Positions 36,810 to 48,783 of a stretch of DNA of 64,000 nt are shown here, one piece after another. Source of the DNA: Chiloscyllium plagiosum (lineage: Eukaryota). Every line of letters begins with the position of its first letter. Within the stretch, counting starts at the first letter, position 1. Under the pieces are notes generated by a model that searched no databases, had not been told where the DNA came from, and saw only the letters and a program-made list of their open reading frames with translations. Made by a program: the position numbers and the translations under genes. The stretch lies in NCBI RefSeq assembly GCF_004010195.1, contig NC_057751.1, positions 1,035,968 to 1,099,967 of the forward strand. The letters are read 5' to 3'.

Positions 36810-38510
36810 TATGGACAAATCAATCGATGTGGTGTGTTTGTATTTTGGGAAAGCTTTTGGCAAGTTCCCACCTTGGAGGTTTGTAAACAAAATGATAGCA
36901 CCTGGAATATTTGCTCAAATACTTACATTGAGTGAGTATTGGTTGAGAGGAAGAATATTGAGTAGGAATGGGTGACATGGTGGCTCAGTGGTTAGCATTG
37001 CTGCCTCACAGCACCAGGGACCTGGGTTCAATTCCCACCTTGGGCTGTACAGCATTTGCACATTCTCCCTGTGTCTGCATGCGTTTCCTCCTGCAGTCCA
37101 AAGATGTGCAGGTTAGGTGAATTGACCATGCTAAATTGCTCATTGTGCCCAGGGATGTTTAGGTTAGGTGCATTAGGTAGGGGGAAATGTCGAGTAATAA
37201 GGGAGGGGAATGGGTCTGGGTGGGTTACTCTACGGAGGGTCAGTGTGGACTTGTTGGGCCGAAGGGCCTGTTTCCACACTGTAGAGAATCTATGATCTCT
37301 GAATGAATAGGTCATTGCCAGGTTAGCAGGTTGTGACTGGTGAGGTACTGCAAGGATCAGGAACTGGACCCACAGTTTTCACAATCTGGATCAATGATTT
37401 CGATTTTTGCACCAAAAGTAATATTTTCACATTTGTGAATAACATAGACTAAGTGGTAATGCCTGTTATAAGATGATGCAAAGATGCTCCAGGGGGATTT
37501 AGACAGGCTGAGTGAGGGGGAAAGAAAATGGCTAATGGAATACGTTGTGACTGAGTGTGATGTTTGACAGGAGGAACAAAGCTTCCAGGTATTTCAGAAA
37601 TGGGGAGGGTTTGCAAAGTGTTAATATACAACGGGACCTCGGTGTTCTTGTATGTGGGAAACATCAAGTGCAGGTGGAGAAACTGTTAGGAATACAAGTG
37701 ACATAATGGCTTTTGTCATACATGAATTTCAGCAAAGATGTCTTGCTTCAATTGTCCAGAACCCTGGCAAGATTGCACTGGGAGTATTGTGTACTGCTTT
37801 GGTCACCTTACTGAAGGAAGGATATACTTAACAAAAAGGAAGTGCAACTGGGGTTCACAAGATCACCAGACTAATTCATGGGATTGTACTGTGAGGAGAG
37901 ATTGAGGAAACTGGGCCTGTATTCATTAGTTTTAGAAGAATGGGAGGTAATTTCATTGAAACTTGAAAAGTTCTTAAAGAGCCAGGCAGGTTGCATGCAG
38001 CAAGGGTGTATCCTCTGACTGTGGAGAGATGGGTGTCTCAGAATAAGGGCCAGTCCATTTAAATACGAAGTGAGGTGGGATTTCTTCACTCAATAGTGAG
38101 TGAACCTTTGTAATTCTGTGTCCCCGCTGGCTGTAGAAGCCCAGTCATAATGTACAGTGGAAGTCTGTTGGGGCCCAAAAGGTAAACCCACCCTATTGCC
38201 ACCTAATCACATTAGCCAGATAACACTTATTGTCTCTAATTTTAACGAACAAAATGAAGGTATTAACTAAAAATTTACTTCTTTGGGCGTCCTGAGTTTA
38301 ACACACCAAAAGCAAATTGACAGTAGATGGAATTGCTTTGGAAAGAACTTCCCTGTGTTTTCAAGACAGAGCTCAAAAGAATTCTAGATAGGAATGACAT
38401 GGAAGGGTAGCTCAGGAAAGTAATTTGGTGGTGGATGACCATACTTGATCTTCAATGGTAGAACAGGGCAGAGGGGCTGAATGGCCTTAAACCCAGCTCC
38501 TCTGTATCTG
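36810..38510 (+). mobile_element. Old degenerate CR1
   Basis: Remnants of the RT region and 3' UTR (ggggctgaatggcct); interrupted by HE1. Confidence 0.65.
36970..37300 (+). mobile_element. HE1 SINE
   Basis: A/B boxes, V-domain, gggcctgtttccacactgt tail. Confidence 0.9.
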
Positions 38511-39399
38511 CGTTTCTCCCTGCAACTTCTAAACCATGGTCTCTCTCTCTCTCTTTCTGTCCTTAATGTGCAATGAGTTAGATCAAAAAGAAATTCCATC
38601 TGACTAAATAGAAGCCAGTGTGTACTTCACTTCCAGCTAGTCTCTGCCTTAAATTGCTGAGCCAAAATTTGAGTTTGTGCTGAAATATTTGTGCTCAGGG
38701 TGGGCTTCTTTTCAAAGTGAGTATCTCTCTATACATAGCTAAGGGCTGGTCGAGGGGTGTGGAGGGGGCAATTAAAAATTCCCGGCATGAAGTGTTATGG
38801 AATTGCAGCTGGACAATAAATTGTACACAAGATTGATGTCAGAACATTTGCTTTTCATCAGTGCCTCAGCTTCCCCCAGTTAAGGGAAAGAAATAGTATT
38901 TTATAAACTGTTATTTGAAATGTGCTTCCTCTGTTCAGATTAACACATTTACAGAAGGAGAAATATTGGGCCATTTCCCTCACTTTTGTCCCTCAAATGT
39001 TCTGCATTGCTGACTTATGCATTTTCAGGGCTTTCTGTCCACGGAGGTATTTTGAACCTGCAATCAAAGATATAAATGTCACAGGGAAGATTGAGACCTT
39101 CTGTTCTTCATGGGGTGTAACTTGTCACTTAGGTGTAATGTTTGCCAGCAGGAATTTGGGTTCTCTGTGAAGTGAGAATCCCTGGGAATAGGAAGGAAAT
39201 GAAGTTGCATTTCTGTAACACTTTCGCCCACTCAGCATGTCGGGATGTGCTTCACGTTCATGTCACCATTTGTAAAATGGGGCTGCTTTTAACTCTGTCA
39301 GACCCGAGAGGCTGGGTGGGCATCCCACTGGAGGGTCAACAAGGAGTTGGTGCCAAGTTTCTATTCCTTGCACCGACCCCCATCCCCCTTCTCATCTTA

Positions 39400-39968
39400 G
39401 CTGAAACTGTGTTGCTAGAAAAGCGCAGCAGGTCAGGCAGCATCCAGGGAACAGGAGAATCGACGTTTCGGGCATAAGCCCTTCTTCAGGAATGAGGAAA
39501 GTGTGTCCAGCAGGCTAAGATAAAAGGTAGGGAGGAGGGACTTGGGGGAGGGGCGTTGGAAATGCGATAGGTGGCAAGAGGTCAAAGTGAGGGTGATAGG
39601 TCAGACTAGGGTGGGGGCGGAGAGGTCGGGAAGAAGATTGCAGGTTAGGAAGGCGGTGCTGAGTTCGATGGATTTGACTGAGACAAGGTGGGGGGAGGGG
39701 AAATGAGGAAACTGGTGAAATCCGAGTTCATCCCTTGTGGCCCTCACCTTGACGTCTTGCCACCTATCGCATTTCCAACGCCCCTCCCCCAAGTCCCTCC
39801 TCCCTACCTTTTATCTTAGCCTGCTGGACACACTTTCCTCATTCCTGAAGAAGGGCTTATACCCGAAACGTCGATTCTCCTGTTCCCTGAATGCTGCCTG
39901 ACCTGCTGCGCTTTTCCAGCAACACATTTTCAGCTCTGATCTCCAGCATCTGCAGTCCTCACTTTCTC
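39400..39968. mobile_element. PLE family-A long hairpin insertion with two opposed hammerhead motifs
   Basis: 194-bp inverted arms 39400-39593 and 39741-39934. Spacer resembles the end of a PLE ORF (minus PQGMNSDFTSF). TSD ccccttctcatctta at 39385 and 39968. Confidence 0.92.
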
Positions 39969-40782
39969 CCCTTCTCATCTTACCCTCACATTTTTATTTA
40001 TCAGTGAATAGGTCAGGAAGGGCTGCCCATGGGATGTGGGACCCAGTGCTCCACCTGAAAATGTAACAGACATGTCTTTTATTCAAGGACTGAGACTAGC
40101 CCATCAGTGAAGGTTGGCAGCAGCAAGGATCCTGAGGGGCTAGGAGTCAGTTCCCCACAAGGACACCTCTGTTGCTCTGTGCTGGTTTCATCTGTGATCA
40201 CGGCCTCACTGACTGTCTTCCTCAAAAGGCAGCGGAAGCTGAGTCTTTAGATCTTCAAAAGACAGAGTTAGATGTATGCTTGATAAACAAGGAGGTCAGC
40301 CATGAACGGATGAACAGAGGAACAGGCTGGAGGGGCTGAGCACCCTCTCCCTAGTCCTAATTCATGTGCCCATGTACTTTGGATCCCATTCACATACAAC
40401 CGGACAGAGTACCGTTTCTATGGTTCCTTCAGCAATGGTCTCACATCATGGCCAGCCATTCGATTTGCACTGCTCCTGGATCTCTCCCTGATCTCATCCT
40501 TTCTCCTCTGTAATGTCTTCTGTCTCTGAAACCCTCTGAAACCTCTGCAGTTCTTTCTTTCTCACCTCTTCAGCATCTCTGATTTTAATTGCTCCACCTT
40601 TGTCTGCTGTACCTATCGCTGTCTGGGTCCGAAGCACCTTGGATGGGTGGGGTGGGGGGGAGGCAGTGAAAAAGTGATAATACCACTGAACTAATAATCC
40701 AGAGATCCAAGGCAGATGGTGACATTTTAATTCAATTATTAAATCGAAAGCTAGTCTGAATGGCAACCATGAACCTTGGGAA

Positions 40783-41035
40783 ATTGTCTGTGTGGAGTTT
40801 GCACATTCTCCCTGTGTCTGCGTGGGCTTCCTCCAGGTGCTCTGCTTTCCTCCCACAGTCCAAAGACATGCAGGTTAGGTGAATTGGCCAGGCTAAATTG
40901 CCCACTAGTGTGAGGTGGATCAGTCAGGGGTAAACATGGGGGGGGGGGTGGGTTTCTCTTCGGAGGGTCGGTGTGGACTTGTTGGGCTGAAGGGCCTGTT
41001 TCCACACTGTAGGGAATCTAATCTAAAAATCTAAC
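40783..41035 (+). mobile_element. HE1 SINE (headless) inside an older SINE
   Basis: V-domain and (aatct)n tail. Confidence 0.88.
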
Positions 41036-41179
41036 CTATTGTCAATTGTATTAAAAGCCCATCTGCTTCACCAATGCCCCTTAGTCTTTGATGCCATCCT
41101 GATTGATTGACTCATAGTTGCTGTAATGTTCATCACTGAGAGTGGCTCGGTAGCATCACAACTGACTGAGCTGGTCAAA

Positions 41180-41900
41180 TCCTAAAGGACATAACTGCGA
41201 GAGTGGGTCAGCATACATGGTGAGGGAACAACCAACCACCAAGCACACTTGACCTGATTCCCACCAGTCTGTCTGCTACATGTATGTCTCTCCATGACGG
41301 TATTACGAGAAGTGACTACTGCATATTTCTTGTGGAGATAAAGTCCCACCTTCACATTGAGGTTATCTTCCATTGTGTTGTGTGGCATTACTGCAATATA
41401 TTTTAATCAAATCTAGCAACCCAAAACTGGGCATTCAAAAGGTATCTGTCCACTATCTATAACGCCCACGTTAGGATTATGATGGAATACCCACACTTGA
41501 CTGGATGGGGGCAGCTCCAACAATACTCAAGAAGCTTGACACCATTCAGGACAAAGATCGGCAGCACTTCGATAAGTATCCATTGTCACCACCACCGACG
41601 CTCAGTAGCAGCAGTGCGCAGTATCTACAAAGTGCACTGCGGAAATTCATCAAAGCTCCTTTGACAGCAGCTTCCAAACACACAACTTCTCGCACTGAGA
41701 TGGACAAGGGCTACAGTTGCATGGGAACACCTGAAGCGGCAGGTTCCCCTCCAAGCTTGGAAACATATCATCGTTCCTTCAGTTCACTGGATCAAAACCC
41801 CTAAGGACATTGTAGGAGTTCCTGTATCACAATAAATGAAGTGGTTGACCACTCTGCCACCTTGTCCAGGACAACTGGGGCTGGCTCAGTCAGTGATGCC
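41180..41900 (+). mobile_element. LINE-X fragments
   Basis: MMEYPHLTGW and GAAPTILKKLDTIQDK segments. Confidence 0.7.
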
Positions 41901-42202
41901 CAGTGGTGTTTCCAGCAGGAAGGTTGTCTGAAATAGGTTGGCTTGCTCACCCACCCTCTTGCTGCTCACTCCCAAGTTCACCCTCACACGAGCAAAGTGT
42001 GCAGTGAAGTGCACAGCCCATACGCCAGTATTCAAAACAGATCATTAACAAACAGTTACACTTGTTAACAAGTTAGGTGACCACAATGAAATGCTGCCAG
42101 TGTTATATTGCAGCTGGCAGGTAAGAGTGGGGAGGCTGTATTTAAAGGCCACTGAATAAAGGCAGGAAGAAAGGGGGCACTGATGCTCTACAGAAGTACC
42201 CC

Positions 42203-42325
42203 TATTCCTGATGAAGGCTCATGCCCAAACGTCGATTCTCCTGCTCCTCGGATGCTGCCTGACCTACTGTCCCAGCACCACACTGTCGACTTTGAGCTCC
42301 AGCATCTGCAGTCCTCTCTTTCTCC
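42203..42325 (+). mobile_element. PLE family-A terminal fragment
   Basis: ttcctgatgaaggctcatgcccaaacgtcgattctcc then tail; gaagtac repeated on both flanks. Confidence 0.75.
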
Positions 42326-43729
42326 TGGAAGTACTCCCACGATGTTACTCTGCCCAGACCTTCCACACCGCCTGCCTGGATGATAGAAACTGGTCCTATC
42401 AACCCTGTCAAGGTTCCAGGAACCTTTCCCACCCTGAAAACGTCCAACCTAGCTTCTTGGGAACACCATTACATTCCTCCCTCCTCTTCCTATGGTCCTG
42501 GCAATGTTCACTACTGACCTCCGGTTCTACTGGGACTGACGGAGACTGTCTGGTAGCTCCTAAGGATGAGATGACTTCCCACTGAGGGGACAGCATTCCC
42601 ACCGCTGTGAGATGGCTTTCCAATGACTGAGTCCGATGCAGCCAGCTTTCCTGTGGGATTGGGTGGTGGGAGTGTTCTGAGAACTTCAAACCTACCCCCA
42701 ATTCCCAGCCCAGAGGGACAGAGCAGTGACCCAGCACAACGACTGTCTCATTGTCAAACTCTTCCCTCCTGTCCTCCTCCCCAGTTACAGGAAACGTTGC
42801 CAGCCCATGATATCCCAGGGGAGGGCAGGGCTTGAATAAAACCTGGGGTGACTGGGGTTTCTCACTGTCACTCAACGAGCTGGATATCTAGTGGGTGGGA
42901 CTTCTGATGCTGCTCTGAGGATTGAAGCTGTCTCAGAGTGGGAGGGAATCAAGAGCATCTGTAAATGTACAAAGAAAACTCTTTCACAATTAATTTCCTG
43001 CCAGATGCTTAAACATATCCAGCTCACAGACTTTCCCAAGACTTTTTTTTAAATTGAAAAGCTCCCCAAGCGACAGAAGTACTTCCTGCTGTTGTTTCAA
43101 GGCTCGTACTTTACAAAAGGAAAGGGAAGGCCATTGGAAAACTTTGGAATTATTCTTTTGAAATGTCTTGGCTGGTGAGCAGCACACCAAGCCCTCAGTG
43201 CTGCAAAAGTTATCACTTGTGATCATGCTGCCCAGCACACATTCCAAGCAATGCCTGAGATAATAAAATAAATATTAAACATACTGAAACATGCAATAAA
43301 AAATTTGGGGGACAAACTTGTGCTTCCATCAAGTGTATCCACTTGAGATATCAGCCCAATGCGATCACTACACAGACATGTTGGCTGTTGGACCATGAAG
43401 GCCATGAATGACCAGGGCCATGATCACAAGTTTCAAGTGGATCATCTCTGTCTTGTAGTCAAGAAGTATGGTGCTGGAAAAGCACAGTCAGTCAGGCAGC
43501 ATCGGAGGAACAGGAGAGTTGATGTTTCAAAGATAATCTCTTCATCAGGAATCTTTGTCCTGTAGCCCCTTCTGGCAGTGTACGTTTTGAAGTTTAGTCA
43601 TCATTATAATTTATTGCGGGCATTTGTGCACAGAAAACTTCCAGAATCAGCTCTCAGATAATGACTAGATAATCTACTTTACTGATAGTGGTTGAGGGAG
43701 AACAATTTACAATGAGAGATGGAGCTCTT

Positions 43730-44200
43730 CGTTGTCAGAGGGACAGTACTGTTGAAGTGCTGCACTGTCAGAGGGACAGTACTGAGGGAGTACTGCACTG
43801 TCAGAGGGACAGTACTGAGGGAGTGCTGCACTGTCAGAGGGTCAGTACTGAGGGAGTACTGCACTGTCAGACAGTCAATACTCTCTTTATGCAGAGAGTT
43901 GTGAATGCATGGAATGCGTTGCCAGTTGAGGTGGTGGAAGTGAAGTCATTGGGGACGTTTAAGCAACTGTTGGACATGCACATGGATAGCAGTGAGTTGA
44001 GGGGTGCGTAGGTTAAATTACTCTATTTTATATTAGGATTAAGTCTCAGCACAACATCATGGGCCAAAGGGCCTGTTCTGAACTGTACTTTTCTATGTTC
44101 TATGTACTGATGGAGTGCTGCACTGTCAGAGGATCAGTGCTGAGGGACTGCTGGATTGTCAGATGGTCAGTGATAAGGGGGTGCCATCGCACTGTCGGAG
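43730..44200. repeat. Short array of the 33-bp minisatellite, split by a CR1 3' end (43878-44103)
   Basis: gagggagtgctgcactgtcagagggtcagtact units. Insert encodes FMQRVVNAWNALP and ends in a (ttctatg)n tail. Confidence 0.85.
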
Positions 44201-44837
44201 TGTCAGTCGTAAGCTGTATTCCTGGACTGGCTGACCATGCAGTCACATTCCTACCCGGGAGTGTAATTGAGTTTAACCTGTCCCTGTCCTTTACATGACT
44301 GATTCAAGAAGCTTCTATTTGCCCATGATGCAATCTTAGGTTGTCGCCATTACTGGGAAATGTGGCATTGATTGTCAATCTTCCCTTTTCCCTTGACTGG
44401 AGGTGGCTGAACTAAACAGGTTAAAATGACAGTGAAAGTTCTTGGGCCTCTGGAAGAGGCAATGAGTTACAGATAGTGCCGTGTTAGACAGTGTACAGGT
44501 CAGGTCTGTGAAAAAGCCTACCAATTGATTTCCCATCGAGGATCACTGGTGGCTTTTGCAAAGGACAGGCATGTCTGAGTGACTGTCCACACTTTATCAG
44601 ACATTTACATTAAATGGTGTCAGAGTGTGATAAGAAAGATGGGTGACTGCATTAATATACTGTCTTTCTTGATTGCAGGGTGTGAGCTAGGAGGGGCCTG
44701 ACAAGACTCACAAAGCACAGAAAATTTGGTGGATGTCAGAGCAAAGCAGGAGGCAGTGATAAAGAGATTGTGAATCCTGATGCTCAGTCAAAGGATAAAC
44801 TGTCATCAAAAACATTTCCGTTACTTCCTGGAGAACA

Positions 44838-45530
44838 TGATTTGGAGGAGCCAGTATTGGACTGGGATGTACAACGTTAAAAATCACACAACACCAGGTT
44901 ATAGTCCAACAGGTGTATTTGGAAGCACTAGCTTTCGAAGCGCTGCTCCTTCATCAGGAGGTTGTGGAGCAGGATCATAAGACATAGAATTTATCACAAA
45001 AGGTTATAGTGTCATACGAATGAAATATATTAAACAAACTTAGATTAAGTCTTTCATCTTTTAGAATGGTTTTGCGAGTTTTGGTTTGTTAATATGCAAG
45101 TCCCAGAACTCCTTTTAAATCACATTCTCAAGATAACTTCAGATTTTCTAACAATAGGTGTCATCTCAGCTCAGACAATGCATTAATGGTGTGAGATTAA
45201 AGTCTGTCTGTGTCCCCATCTTGAGTCAGACTGGTTCTATTTCTAAAGTGGGATTTATAGTATCTTACATGGATTGACTGTAGGTTATGCATTTTTTGAG
45301 CAAAATAAAATGTAATTCTGCAAATACAGATTCACCCCATAAACTTGTATGTGTGTGCGTACAGGAGAGACAGAGAGAGTTTATGTATGTGTGTGAGTGT
45401 GATAGGTATAAGCCTGTGATAGGATGTGTGTGTGGGTGTTGGAGGGGTGTATGTGTGTGCATATGAGAGAGAGCTTGTATCTGAGTGAGGGTCTGTGTTA
45501 GTGTGTGAGTATGTAAGAGTGTGTGTTTAT
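44838..45530 (-). mobile_element. PLE family-C 3' region/pLTR with hammerhead motif
   Basis: Homologous to 12620-13270. Confidence 0.85.
44926..44959 (-). ncRNA. Minimal type-I hammerhead ribozyme motif (PLE family C)
   Basis: CTGATGA-A-GGAGCAGCGCTTC-GAAA-G-CTA-GTG; palindromic AGCT helix III. Confidence 0.65.
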
Positions 45531-45600
45531 GTTTAATAGTTTGTGTTTATGAATGAAACATGGTTGATAGACACCTTTTTAAAAAAAACCTGATTGTTAA

Positions 45601-45833
45601 TGAAATAACTCCACAGTGGCCAGTATCCTGTCACTAAGTCACCCGTTATTCATACATGCACAGTCCTTGACACTGATCGAGCTCCCTCAGAGCCAGCTCT
45701 CAGAGTGAACAGGATGTTTGACATTCCTGTTTCTGTTTGTCAGCCAGGGCTCCCTGGTTAACAGCCCCACAATTCTCTGAGAACTCAGATTCTATGAGAA
45801 TTCTACTGGGCTGACCTTGTTACAGTCACTAAA
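45601..45833 (-). mobile_element. Short solo LTR, 233 bp
   Basis: Termini TGAAATAAC...GTCACTAAA (one substitution from TG..CA). Perfect TSD GTTAA at 45596-45600 and 45834-45838. Orientation tentative. Confidence 0.7.
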
Positions 45834-45945
45834 GTTAATGTGTTTAATTCGTCATCTTAGTCATTCTTTTGTGATTGTGTGAATTAGTAGGACAGAATCA
45901 ACAACTCGTCTCTTCTTAATTATAGTTGAGATGAGAGTACAATGC

Positions 45946-46711
45946 TGGATTAATGGTGCTGGAAGAGCACAGCAGTTCAGGCAGCATCCAAGGAGCAGCG
46001 AAATCGACGTTTCAGGCAAAAGCCCTTAATCAGGAATAAAGGCAGAGAGCCTGAAGCGTGGAGAGANNNNNNNNNNNNNNNNNNNNNNNNNNNNNNNNNN
46101 NNNNNNNNNNNNNNNNNNNNNNNNNNNNNNNNNNNNNNNNNNNNNNNNNNNNNNNNNNNNNNNNNNNNNNNNNNNNNNNNNNNNNNNNNNNNNNNNNNNN
46201 NNNNNNNNNNNNNNNNNNNNNNNNNNNNNNNNNNNNNNNNNNNNNNNNNNNNNNNNNNNNNNNNNNNNNNNNNNNNNNNNNNNNNNNNNNNNNNNNNNNN
46301 NNNNNNNNNNNNNNNNNNNNNNNNNNNNNNNNNNNNNNNNNNNNNNNNNNNNNNNNNNNNNNNNNNNNNNNNNNNNNNNNNNNNNNNNNNNNNNNNNNNN
46401 NNNNNNNNNNNNNNNNNNNNNNNNNNNNNNNNNNNNNNNNNNNNNNNNNNNNNNNNNNNNNNNNNNNNNNNNNNNNNNNNNNNNNNNNNNNNNNNNNNNN
46501 NNNNNNNNNNNNNNNNNNNNNNNNNNNNNNNNNNNNNNNNNTCTAGCTTATTTCTCCACGCTTCAGGCTCTCTGCCTTTATTCCTGATTAAGGGCTTTTG
46601 CCCAAAACGTCGATTTCGCTGCTCCTTGGATGCTGCCTGAACTGCTGTGCTCTTCCAGCACCACTAATCCAGAATCTGGTTTCCAGCATCTGCAGTCATT
46701 GTTTTTACCTC
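45946..46711. mobile_element. PLE family-A-related hairpin insertion spanning the gap
   Basis: Inverted arms on either side of the N run. 14-bp TSD tgagagtacaatgc at 45932 and 46712. Confidence 0.88.
46067..46541. other. Assembly gap
   Basis: Run of N. Confidence 1.
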
Positions 46712-47219
46712 TGAGAGTACAATGCACTGAGCCATAGCTGAATTCTGGGATGTCAAGTCCTACAGTTGTCAGTCTCACTGTAATTTAAACCCAATGAAGA
46801 TATTGCTAATCAATTCAGGACACGAGCGTTTTGAAAATAGTCCTCAGTGTTTGACAACCTGAGTCAGTCTCTCAGAGACATGGTAACACAATCACCTTCA
46901 GGTTCCCCTCCAAACTTCACACCATCCTGATGTGAAGTGATATGGCTGCTCCTTCAGTGTCGCTGGGTCAAAAACCTGGAACCCACTCTTCAGCAACATT
47001 GGTGGGTATCCCTACACGCCATGGACTGCAGCGGTTCAAGGAGGCAGTGCAGCACTCCCTCAGCACTGATCCTCTGACAGTGCAACACTCCATCAGTACA
47101 TACTTCTTAGGGGCAACTAGGGACAGGCAATAAGTGACACCCATGAGTGAATGACGAAAAGGTGAGGTTCTCTAACAGCAGCTGTTTTTCCTCAGCAAGT
47201 TTCCAGCAAGTAGCTACCT

Positions 47220-47348
47220 GACAACCACCTGATGAAAGAGCAACACTCCAAAAGCTAGTCCTTCCAAATAAACCTATTGGACTACAACCTGGTATTGTGT
47301 GATTTTTAACTTTGTCCACCCCAGTCCAACAGCAGCTCCACCACATCG
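47220..47348 (+). mobile_element. PLE family-C terminal fragment (degenerate hammerhead)
   Basis: cacctgatgaaagagc..ctccaaaagctagt..cctggtattgtgtgattttta. Confidence 0.8.
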
Positions 47349-47539
47349 TGTGAGGTGAGCCATTTACATTTTATGTCATTTCCCAAAATGAGACATGTCA
47401 CTTCACTCACTGTTTCAGAAATGCCATAAGGTGAGGCTTGGGAAGAGAGTCCTTGCACCACTTTTTTTAAACCAAGAGAAAACACCTCAAACTGAGTTTT
47501 GACACACAAATCACAGAAATCTCTGCTTTCTGTTGGTAC

Positions 47540-48000
47540 TCATAGCTTTATACAGCACAGAAACAGACCCTTCTGACCAACTCGTCCATGCTGATCAGAT
47601 GCCCTAAATAGATCTAGTCCCATTTGCCCACACTTGGCCCATATCCCTCCAAACCCTTCCTATTCATATACCCATCCAGATTTCTTTTAAATGCTGATAT
47701 TGTACCAGCCTCCACCACTTCCTCTGGCAGCTCGTTCCATACTCTCACCACGCTCTGCATGAAAAAGTTATCCGCAGGCCCCTTTTAAATCTTTCCCCTC
47801 TCACCTTCACTGTATACCCTCTAGTTTTGGACACCCCTACCCTAGGAAAACGATTTTGGCTCTTCAACCTATCTATACCCGTCAGGACTTTAAAAACCTC
47901 GGTAAGGTCACCTGATGCTCCAGGGGAAAATGTTGAACCTATTCAGCCTCTCCCTATAGCTCAAACCCTCAACCCTGGCAACATCCTTGTAAATCCTTTC
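47540..48000 (-). mobile_element. CR1 3' end
   Basis: Homologous to 3152-3640. Confidence 0.88.
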
Positions 48001-48134
48001 TGAATTCAATTCAATTCAATTCAAATCCTTTCTGAATTGAAAACAAAATCGGCTGGAGCTCACACTGGGATCAGGCAGAATCTGTGGACAGATAGCAACC
48101 TAATATTTTGAGTCTTGATGACCCTTCATCAGAG

Positions 48135-48290
48135 GAGAAAGTGAGGTCTGCAGATGCTGGAGATCAGAGCTGGAAATGTGTTGCTGGAAAAGCGCAGCAG
48201 GTCAGGCAGCATCCAGGGAACAGGGGAATCGACGTTTCGAGCATAAGCCCTTCTTCAGGAATGAGGAAAGTGTGTCCAGCAGGCTAAGAT
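48135..48290 (-). mobile_element. PLE family-A terminus with hammerhead motif
   Basis: Tail gagaaagtgaggtctgcagatgctggag, then arm to gtttcgagcataagcccttcttcagg. Confidence 0.85.
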
Positions 48291-48356
48291 CTTCTGTGCA
48301 GAGGAGATGACCTGGGGTGTGCAGTGAGAGAGGGACTCACTGAAATCCTTGTAGAA

Positions 48357-48489
48357 CCTGGAGGAAACCCACATAGACACGGGGAGAATGTGCAAACTCC
48401 ACACAGAGAGTCGCCTGAGGTGGCAATTGAACCCGGGTCTCTGGTGCTGTGAGGCAGCAGTGCTAACTAATGTGCCACCGTGCCGCCCA
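48357..48489 (-). mobile_element. HE1 SINE 5' half
   Basis: Reverse complement of 19630-19760. Confidence 0.85.
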
Positions 48490-48491
48490 CA

Positions 48492-48783
48492 GTGAGGGCA
48501 TAGGTTCAGATTTAGAGGGGAAAGATTTAAAAGAGACCGAAGGGGCAACTTTTTCACACAGAGGGTGATATGTGTATGGAATGAGCTGCCAGAGGAAATG
48601 GTGGAAGCTAGTCCAATTGCAACATTTAAAAGATATCTGGGTGGGTATATGAATAGGAAGATTTTGAAGGGATATGGACCAAGTGCTGGCAGGTGGGACT
48701 AGATTGGATTGGGATATCTGGTCGGCATGGACGAGTTGGACCGAAGGGTCTGTTTCCATGCTGTACATCTCTATGACTCTATC
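48492..48783 (+). mobile_element. CR1 3' end
   Basis: ttttcacacagaggg..tggaatgagctgcc..ctctatgactct tail. Confidence 0.88.

Noticed and set aside
42408..42875. 155-aa minus ORF
   Set aside because: No recognisable domain or splice context; length is compatible with chance.
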